44,342 nucleotides of DNA. It comes from an uncultured Pirellulales bacterium (GTDB taxonomy: Bacteria > Planctomycetota > Phycisphaerae > Sedimentisphaerales > Anaerobacaceae). Each line of letters begins with the position of its first letter. The first letter of the stretch is position 1. The translations under genes were made by a program, and so were the position numbers. The DNA lies in the NCBI GenBank assembly GCA_964395535.1, contig CAYNDE010000001.1, forward strand, positions 1 to 44,342. The letters run 5' to 3'. This document shows positions 19,272 through 25,685 of this stretch, piece after piece. The notes beneath the pieces were generated by a model. That model did no database searches. It was not told the DNA's origin and saw only the letters and a program-made list of their open reading frames with translations.

Positions 19272-19763
19272 TCAGTGGATTTTTTTAACCAGTTCTTTCC
19301 GGGCCTGGACGCGAATTTTTGCATTTTCGTAATTTTTCTTCTCCTCAGCCGTTTTAGGCGATAAAGGACCGGCAGGAGTTGGTTTTTTGTTTTTGTCCAG
19401 CGCAACAAATGTCAGGTATGCCGTCATAGCTTCAGTTTTTTTGCCGCTTATAGGGTCCTCTTTTATAATATGGACACCGACTTCCATCGATGTTCGACCG
19501 ACATAATTGACGCAGGCTTTCAAAACCACATGGTCACCTATATTAATCGGCTCCTTAAAGCTTATCGAATCGATACCTGCAGTGACCGCTTCTGTTGCAC
19601 AGTGTTTTTGGGCTGACATCGAGGCTACGACATCAATCCAGGAAACAATAACACCTCCAAAAGCTGTGCCATACTGATTTGCATGCTGCGGCATAACAAT
19701 ATATCTTGATTCAACTTTGCTCTCCGACGGTTCCTTTGGCGCTTTTTCCCGCATTTTTTTCAA
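19272..19763 (-). CDS. Hotdog-fold acyl-CoA thioesterase (YciA/BFIT-like)
   Basis: MPQHANQYGTAFGGVIVSWIDVVA... is typical of the 4HBT/acyl-CoA thioester hydrolase family. The track start is TTG; the ATG three codons in (19754) is an alternative. Confidence 0.75.
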   Translation of the reverse strand: MKKMREKAPKEPSESKVESRYIVMPQHANQYGTAFGGVIVSWIDVVASMSAQKHCATEAVTAGIDSISFKEPINIGDHVVLKACVNYVGRTSMEVGVHIIKEDPISGKKTEAMTAYLTFVALDKNKKPTPAGPLSPKTAEEKKNYENAKIRVQARKELVKKIH

Positions 19764-19809
19764 CTCACTATAGTTATACTTTTACCGTTCCAAAAGATTA
19801 CTCTATAAG

Positions 19810-20799
19810 CTAAACGCTGACATGACAGAGTACAGCGAGTGCCCAGAGCAAATCATTTTTATTTACAATTTTTGTTTCGTATTTTTCATTAATAGGTATC
19901 AGGTGTACATTTTCTTCTTCCATTCTGATAAGCTTACAGGTAACTCCTATCTGGTTTTTAATATGAACAAGCCCAATCTGTCCCTGGGCCGCCGGCACTG
20001 ACGGGCTTACGATAATAATATCACCGTCATTTACTCTGGGCGACATACTGTCACCATCAACTCTCAACGCGAAGCTGTCATTAAAAATCTTATGAATCTG
20101 CTCGCACTGGACAAACTCAACTATATCATCCGATTGAGTTGAACTTATCTGAACAAGGTTAGCCTCTGATTCTTTCAGGCCGTCTATTACGGCCTCTGCC
20201 TGCAAATCTACAGATATTGTTCCATCTGCAAAACCAATAATTTTTTTACCGGTATATTTCTTAACCAGCTCGTCGAGCTCTGTAACAGCCTGCTTTGACT
20301 CCGGTATGATTTGCTGCTGCCAAAAATGAACAAGACCTGCTGCTGTCCTTCCGAGAACCGGTATCCAGGCAGGCCTTTCTTTTTTTAATTCTTGCCGGGA
20401 TTGAGAGATTCGTTCTTCAATTCCCTTTTTCTGGCTCAGAATGTCAATGAAAGCAGATATTGGCTCAATTAGTTCTGGATTGCTTGCCAATAGAGTACTT
20501 ATTTTACGCATAAGCGTATAATTACCCTGCCCTATTATATTATTTTCCGCGTATTTAGAAAATTTTTCGGTTTTTTTACCCGTTACAAGCCAGTTTAAAT
20601 CAGTATCGGTCACATTACAAATCTTAATCAATACTTCAATCGGGGGCACTCTATTAATTTCATAATAGCTGTATGTAGAAGGACTTATGCCTAAAGAGTG
20701 AGCAAACTGACTCTTTCCTCTTTCGCCCGCAAATCGCTCGCGAACCTCTCTTATACGCCCAATTATCGCATTAACGTCAAAACTGCTCATGTAATTCAC
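19810..20799 (-). CDS. XRE-family HTH fused to an S24 (LexA/CI-like) autopeptidase, with unusually long internal segments
   Basis: N-terminal HTH FAHSLGISPSTYSYYEINRVPPIEVLIKICNVTDTDLNWLVTG. LexA-like cleavage context IPVLGRTAAGLV. S24 core LRVDGDSMSPRVNDGDIIIV ... VTCKLI. The start is GTG (20799) or ATG (20790). Confidence 0.8.
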   Translation of the reverse strand: MNYMSSFDVNAIIGRIREVRERFAGERGKSQFAHSLGISPSTYSYYEINRVPPIEVLIKICNVTDTDLNWLVTGKKTEKFSKYAENNIIGQGNYTLMRKISTLLASNPELIEPISAFIDILSQKKGIEERISQSRQELKKERPAWIPVLGRTAAGLVHFWQQQIIPESKQAVTELDELVKKYTGKKIIGFADGTISVDLQAEAVIDGLKESEANLVQISSTQSDDIVEFVQCEQIHKIFNDSFALRVDGDSMSPRVNDGDIIIVSPSVPAAQGQIGLVHIKNQIGVTCKLIRMEEENVHLIPINEKYETKIVNKNDLLWALAVLCHVSV

Positions 20800-20816
20800 A
20801 TATATAAAAATAAATA

Positions 20817-20844
20817 TTGACTATGTTCGCATATGCGTTATATT
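20817..20844 (+). promoter_or_regulatory. Sigma70-type promoter (TTGACT-16-TATATT) with a 10-bp perfect palindrome CGCATATGCG in the spacer; candidate operator shared by divergent genes
   Basis: TTGACT at 20817-20822, TATATT at 20839-20844, palindrome at 20828-20837. The site lies between the XRE-S24 gene (minus strand) and a small plus-strand ORF. Confidence 0.4.
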
Positions 20845-20919
20845 TATTTACAAATGAATAACTTTAATTCGTATTTTAGTAATAAAAAAAAATTAGTCAA
20901 TAAAAAGAAAGGAAAATAA

Positions 20920-21096
20920 ATGTCGAGTGGAAAAAGCAATATTGAAAAGAAAAAATCAAAAAATAATGAACAGTTACATGAAAAAGAGAAAAGAAGTGCA
21001 AGTGAGAAACTAGATTTTTTACTGGAATTGAACAGTTTAGAGGGAGCATTGCTTCGTCAACTGAAAAGAGACCTTAAAGAAAGGCAGGTTATTTGA
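20920..21096 (+). CDS. Small hypothetical Lys/Glu-rich protein (58 aa), below the ORF-track cutoff
   Basis: ATG at 20920 preceded by GAAAGGAAAATAA. Translation: MSSGKSNIEKKKSKNNEQLHEKEKRSASEKLDFLLELNSLEGALLRQLKRDLKERQVI. An 8-bp hairpin GAAAGGCA/TGCCTTTC spans the stop. There is no homology evidence, so coding status is uncertain. Confidence 0.3.
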   Translation: MSSGKSNIEKKKSKNNEQLHEKEKRSASEKLDFLLELNSLEGALLRQLKRDLKERQVI

Positions 21097-21369
21097 TTTG
21101 CCTTTCCAGCACGAGACCGGGAAAAGCAATCTAAATTCACGTTAACAAAAATATTGTATATAAATAAAAAAAGGTACAAATAAAATTTCGACCGTCGAGA
21201 CGGTTTAGCTTGTACGTACAAAAATCTTATACCTTTCAGGCAAATCAATTTTCAGTTTGATATATTGACATCAAGGTTTTATAACATTCTGTACAGTCAT
21301 CCAGATATGGCCGTTATACCGAAACAATGAAACAAGTGCAAAAAAGAAGAAAAAAATGGAGATAAAAAA

Positions 21370-23055
21370 ATGATAAGGCTAACACAAAAAGCTGTTATTT
21401 TAACAGCTACGTTTTTACTTATCGGCTGCGAATCCAAAAAAGAAGAAAAACAGTTATCTGAGTTCATCGAGCAGCATATAAAGAAGCTCGAGCCGCTTGA
21501 AATACAATACGAGCAGGCTTACTGGGAAGGGGCAACAACGGGTAATAAAGAGTTTTTCGAACAACAAGGCAAACTGGAGCTGAAGATACGCCGGCTCTAT
21601 CAAAACGCAGATGAGTACGCATTTCTGAAATCGCTAAAACAATCAGGACGGATACAAGATGCCAAACTGGCTCGCCAGCTTGATAAGCTGTACTACGCTT
21701 ATTTGAAGAACCAAATAGAACCCAATTTACTAAAAAAAATAGTCGAGCTCGATAACAAGATAAGGAACACATACAACAATTACCGCGGCACAATAGACGA
21801 CCAAAAGGTTACTATGAGCGAGATTTACACGATAATGACGACGGAAAAAGACAGCCGAAAAAGAGAGCTTGCCTGGAGGGCGAGTAAAGAAGTGGGTAAT
21901 GTGATTTTCGATGACCTGATTCAGCTTGTCAAGCTGAGAAACCAGGCTGCTCGCAACGTCGGCTTTGATAATTATCATACCCTAAGCATAGTTACAGGTG
22001 AACAAAGCATCGAGCAGTTAGACCAGATTTTCGATGAGCTCGATGAGTTGACTGCCGAGCCCTTTGCAGAAATGAAGGCGGAACTGGATGAGATTCTGGC
22101 AGAGAGCTACGGCATTGAGGTAAGCGATATTCGGCCGTGGCATTATCACGACCCATTTTTTCAAAGAAGCCCGCTCGTCTATGAACTTAATCTCGACGAC
22201 TATTACGCAAAGGCAGATGTAAAACAAATAGCCCAGAGATATTACGAAGGGGTCGGCCTGCCGGCAGACGATATACTTGCACGAAGTGATTTATACGACC
22301 GTGAAGGTAAGTACCCACATGCATTCGGACAGGCGATAGACCGTCACGGCAACGCCCGCATCTTGTGTAATCTGCAAAATACTGAAAGGTGGATGGAGAC
22401 GATATTGCACGAATTAGGGCACGCCCTTTACAGTAAATATCATGACCAGAATGAGCCGTATTTATTAAGGGAGCCTGCGCATAGTTTTACTACCGAGGCG
22501 GCCGCGATGTTTTTCGGGCGGTTGAGCAGAAATTCGAACTGGATGAAGGAGATGCTCGGACTGTCAGAACAGCAGCGTAATGAAATTGACGAGGTCAGCG
22601 AAAAATATTTACAATTCCAGCAGATACTTTTCGCCCGGTGGGTACTGGTTATGTACAACTTCGAGAAGCAGCTTTACGCCGACCCGGAACAGGACCTCAA
22701 CAGTTTATGGTGGGACCTTGTTGAGAAATATCAGCTTGTTAAACGTCCGCCCGGGCCTGTGGACGCTGGCTGGGCATCGAAACTTCACTTTGTAACCGCA
22801 CCGTGCTATTACCATAACTATATGCTCGGCGAACTCTTGGCCAGCCAATGGCATCATTATTTAGTGCATAATATTTTTGGGCTGGATCCTGATGAAAGTG
22901 TAAGCTATGCAAAAGACAAAAAAATAGGTAAGTATTTCAGAGAAGAAGTTTTCGAGCCGGGCGCGGTATATCACTGGAGCGAGATGATAGAACGCTCGAC
23001 CGGTGAAAAGTTAAATCCTAAATACTTCGTTAATCAATTTGTAAAGCACAAATAA
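21370..23055 (+). CDS. Lipoprotein zinc metallopeptidase, gluzincin of the M2 (ACE-like)/M3 type
   Basis: Lipobox FLLIGC. HExxH in TILHELGHALY with a downstream Glu in TTEAAAMFFG. The N-terminal AYWEGATTGNKEFFEQ resembles the ACE-family pattern. GGAG RBS. Confidence 0.65.
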   Translation: MIRLTQKAVILTATFLLIGCESKKEEKQLSEFIEQHIKKLEPLEIQYEQAYWEGATTGNKEFFEQQGKLELKIRRLYQNADEYAFLKSLKQSGRIQDAKLARQLDKLYYAYLKNQIEPNLLKKIVELDNKIRNTYNNYRGTIDDQKVTMSEIYTIMTTEKDSRKRELAWRASKEVGNVIFDDLIQLVKLRNQAARNVGFDNYHTLSIVTGEQSIEQLDQIFDELDELTAEPFAEMKAELDEILAESYGIEVSDIRPWHYHDPFFQRSPLVYELNLDDYYAKADVKQIAQRYYEGVGLPADDILARSDLYDREGKYPHAFGQAIDRHGNARILCNLQNTERWMETILHELGHALYSKYHDQNEPYLLREPAHSFTTEAAAMFFGRLSRNSNWMKEMLGLSEQQRNEIDEVSEKYLQFQQILFARWVLVMYNFEKQLYADPEQDLNSLWWDLVEKYQLVKRPPGPVDAGWASKLHFVTAPCYYHNYMLGELLASQWHHYLVHNIFGLDPDESVSYAKDKKIGKYFREEVFEPGAVYHWSEMIERSTGEKLNPKYFVNQFVKHK

Positions 23056-23076
23056 CATCACATTCTTTAATAGAGA

Positions 23077-23106
23077 AACGAAGCAGCTCTTTAAGGCCGC
23101 TTCGTT
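23077..23106 (+). terminator. Candidate terminator after the peptidase gene
   Basis: AACGAAGC ... GCTTCGTT forms an 8-bp stem with a 14-nt loop, followed by ACCTAATTTT. Confidence 0.4.
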
Positions 23107-23181
23107 ACCTAATTTTCACTAAGCACACAGACCCAAACTCTGCATACGGATTGCAATTATAAAACCGTTCAGGGCAAGCGC

Positions 23182-23242
23182 ATAAAAAACAGGGCTGGGT
23201 TGCGGAGGGAGGAGACAACGAGATTTCCCAGCCCCGTTGACT
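23182..23242 (-). ncRNA. Candidate small RNA, copy 1: GC-rich 8-bp stem, 27-nt C/U-rich loop, U-tail (minus-strand reading)
   Basis: Stem GGGCTGGG (23192-23199) / CCCAGCCC (23227-23234). On the minus strand the loop reads AAAUCUCGUUGUCUCCUCCCUCCGCAA, followed by UGUUUUUUAU. A perfect TATAAT (23249-23254, minus) lies 13 nt upstream of the stem, but the -35 is poor. The ends are estimates. Confidence 0.3.
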
Positions 23243-23330
23243 TTATATATTATACAGCATTTAACAAAAACCGCTTCTCAGGATTTCCCTGATTTCGGCG
23301 GTATAAATACCTGATTAAAACACACATACA

Positions 23331-23392
23331 TAAAAACTAAGGGCTGGGTTGCGGAGGGAGGGAGGAGGAGACACCCAGCCCTTTTGATAACA
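23331..23392 (-). ncRNA. Candidate small RNA, copy 2: GC-rich 9-bp stem, 23-nt C/U-rich loop, U-tail (minus-strand reading)
   Basis: Stem GGGCTGGGT (23341-23349) / ACCCAGCCC (23373-23381). The minus-strand loop is GUCUCCUCCUCCCUCCCUCCGCA, followed by UUAGUUUUUAU. It has its own promoter (next feature). The ends are estimates. Confidence 0.4.
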
Positions 23393-23398
23393 TACACT

Positions 23399-23427
23399 AT
23401 AATACCAGAAAACAATGAGCCTGTCTA
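23399..23427 (-). promoter_or_regulatory. Sigma70-type promoter for candidate sRNA copy 2: TAGACA-17-TGgTATTAT
   Basis: Minus-strand reading: TAGACA (23427-23422), a 17-nt spacer, and an extended -10 TGGTATTAT (-10 at 23404-23399). The hairpin begins 17 nt downstream of the -10. Confidence 0.4.
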
Positions 23428-23758
23428 CAAATTTTGGCAAAAAATATTCAATTTTCAAAGAAAATTACGAGATAAATCCTATTATAAAGTCACCTTATAC
23501 AGCACCGATTAACAAAAAATAAATCACGGTTACGAGGAACAAAGAGGAGCACAAATCACAGCCGGTGATACCGTCAAAGCCCCTCGCCACCAAAAAAATC
23601 GATAATACTCACCTTCGCCAAGCAATAGATAAAACCCCATTGGAAATGAAGGATACAGCACATAGAGCAAAGTTTCCAGTAAAAAATTTAAATAAAAATT
23701 CAATTTTTACCCCCCAAAAACCAGGGCTTAGCTTATACCAAATATTAGAAGGTCATTA

Positions 23759-23787
23759 TTGACTAATCCGCCTTTATAAACTATTCT
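23759..23787 (+). promoter_or_regulatory. Candidate sigma70 promoter for aspS (TTGACT-17-TATTCT)
   Basis: TTGACT at 23759-23764 and TATTCT at 23782-23787, about 75 nt upstream of the aspS ATG. Confidence 0.35.
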
Positions 23788-23861
23788 GACTTGCTGTAAA
23801 CCCTTGTCCTGACGGAAAATTACGGAAAAAAGCGAAGTTTTGATTTTTGAAAGAATTCACA

Positions 23862-25685
23862 ATGCTGAAAAGGACACATAATTGCGGCCAGCTCCGTCTC
23901 GAAGACGACGGGGCAAAAGTAATCTTGGCAGGATGGGTCAAGTCATACCGGGACCACGGTAACCTGGTCTTTTTCGACCTTCGTGATAGATACGGTATCA
24001 CACAATTGGTCTTTGACCCTGAAAGCCAGCCTGAAGCCCACAAACTCGCAAGAGCTGTCCGCTGCGAGTGGGTAATCGCTGCTGAAGGTACCGTTCGTCC
24101 AAGAGGAAAAGGTCTTGAGAATCCCAAGCTTGCCACAGGCCAGATTGAGGTTATAGTAAATAAACTCGAAATCCTCAACCAGACAACAACGCCGCCGTTC
24201 GAAATCGAAGATGCAGACAAAACAGCCGAGGAGCTGCGCCTCAAGTACCGTTACATCGACCTGCGAAGACCAAAGATGCAAAAAAACATAAACATCAGGC
24301 ACAAGGTCACAAAAATCACAAGGGATTACTTCGATGAAATCGGCTTCTGGGAAATAGAAACACCAATGCTGGCAAAAAGTACCCCCGAAGGAGCAAGGGA
24401 TTTTCTCGTTCCGAGCCGGCTTGTCAAAAATGCTTTTTACGCCCTGCCTCAATCGCCGCAGCTTTTCAAACAAATACTTATGGTTAGCGGCGTCGATAAA
24501 TATTTCCAGATTGTACGCTGCTTCCGCGACGAAGACCCAAGGGCTGACAGACAGGCTGAATTCACACAAATCGACGTCGAAGCGAGCTTTGTCGATGTGG
24601 ACGATATCATAAATATTAACTCACAACTCGTTGCCAGAATCTTCAGAGAAATCCTCGGCGTTGATGTTGCCATTCCCATCAGGCGGCTGAGTTATAAAGA
24701 GGCGATGGATGACTACGGAACCGACCGGCCTGACCTGCGATTTGGTATGAAATTAAAAGACGTATCCGACATTGTAAGAGAAAGCAGCTTCAAAGTCTTT
24801 GCTTCGACAATCGAAGCCGGCGGTGTTGTCAAGGGCCTGTGTACACCATCGACACTGCCGGACGGAACACAAATCCTCACAAGAAACTACGTCGAAAAAA
24901 ATCTTACGGAATTTATCGCAGATTATGGAGCAAAAGGATTAGCCTGGCTGAAAGTCACATCAAAAGAAGGCAAACTAACCTGTACAAGCAGTATTGCAAA
25001 ATATTTCTCTGCAGAACAAATTGACGCACTAATCGAGTGCTTTAACGCAAAAGAAGACGACCTGCTGCTTTTTGTCGCAGATACTGAGAAAAGTGCCAAC
25101 AAAGCACTTGCTCCTTTAAGAAACAGGCTCGGCAAAGAGCTAAAGCTTTATGACCCAAAAACTTTCGAGTTCGTCTGGATAGTCGATTTTCCTCTTTTCG
25201 AATGGAATGAAAACGAAAAACGTTTCGACTCGCTGCATCACCCTTTCACGGCACCGGTTGAAGAGGATATTGTGAAACTGGATACCGACCCTGCAAACAT
25301 CAAATCGCAGGCCTACGATATTGTCGTCAACGGCTCCGAAATCGGCGGGGGGAGCATTCGTATTCACAATCCGAAAGTACAGCAAAAAATCTTTGAACTG
25401 CTGAACATCTCAAAAAAACAGGCTGAGCAGCGTTTTGGCTTCTTTCTAAAAGCCCTAACATATGGAGCACCGCCGCACGGCGGTATAGCTTTCGGACTCG
25501 ACCGAATCATTATGCTCTTGATAGGAACCAACAACATCAGAGACGTAATCGCTTTTCCGAAAACTCAAAGGGGACAATGCCTTCTTACCGATGCACCCAG
25601 CGAGGTCGATATAAAACAGCTCGAAGAACTCAACCTCAGGACCCAAAAGCACTCTCACAAAATCGAACAAGATACTAATGAATAA
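23862..25685 (+). CDS. aspS: Aspartyl-tRNA synthetase
   Basis: MLKRTHNCGQLR..., class II motifs (FRDEDPRADRQAEFTQID; GGGSIRIH; GIAFGLDR). The track start 23847 is a TTG; the ATG at 23862 gives the canonical N-terminus. Confidence 0.95.
   Translation: MLKRTHNCGQLRLEDDGAKVILAGWVKSYRDHGNLVFFDLRDRYGITQLVFDPESQPEAHKLARAVRCEWVIAAEGTVRPRGKGLENPKLATGQIEVIVNKLEILNQTTTPPFEIEDADKTAEELRLKYRYIDLRRPKMQKNINIRHKVTKITRDYFDEIGFWEIETPMLAKSTPEGARDFLVPSRLVKNAFYALPQSPQLFKQILMVSGVDKYFQIVRCFRDEDPRADRQAEFTQIDVEASFVDVDDIININSQLVARIFREILGVDVAIPIRRLSYKEAMDDYGTDRPDLRFGMKLKDVSDIVRESSFKVFASTIEAGGVVKGLCTPSTLPDGTQILTRNYVEKNLTEFIADYGAKGLAWLKVTSKEGKLTCTSSIAKYFSAEQIDALIECFNAKEDDLLLFVADTEKSANKALAPLRNRLGKELKLYDPKTFEFVWIVDFPLFEWNENEKRFDSLHHPFTAPVEEDIVKLDTDPANIKSQAYDIVVNGSEIGGGSIRIHNPKVQQKIFELLNISKKQAEQRFGFFLKALTYGAPPHGGIAFGLDRIIMLLIGTNNIRDVIAFPKTQRGQCLLTDAPSEVDIKQLEELNLRTQKHSHKIEQDTNE

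Noticed and set aside
19650-19672. Second sigma54-like string, TGGCACAGCTTTTGG, on the minus strand
   Set aside because: It lies inside the thioesterase coding sequence (encoding GTAFGG), and its -12 element is GG rather than GC. Most likely coincidence.
21057-21248. 63-aa minus-strand ORF in the AT-rich spacer
   Set aside because: It has a hydrophobic, low-complexity translation and no RBS. It overlaps the end of the better-supported small plus-strand ORF and promoter-like sequence.
19810-21369. Prophage or ICE remnant inferred from the CI-like XRE-S24 repressor
   Set aside because: There are no integrase, excisionase, structural or replication genes, no att-like repeats and no tRNA nearby. 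The flanking genes are housekeeping.
23565-23762. 65-aa plus-strand ORF upstream of aspS
   Set aside because: GTG start, RBS at the wrong distance, a basic low-complexity product and no recognisable motif. Treated as non-coding.
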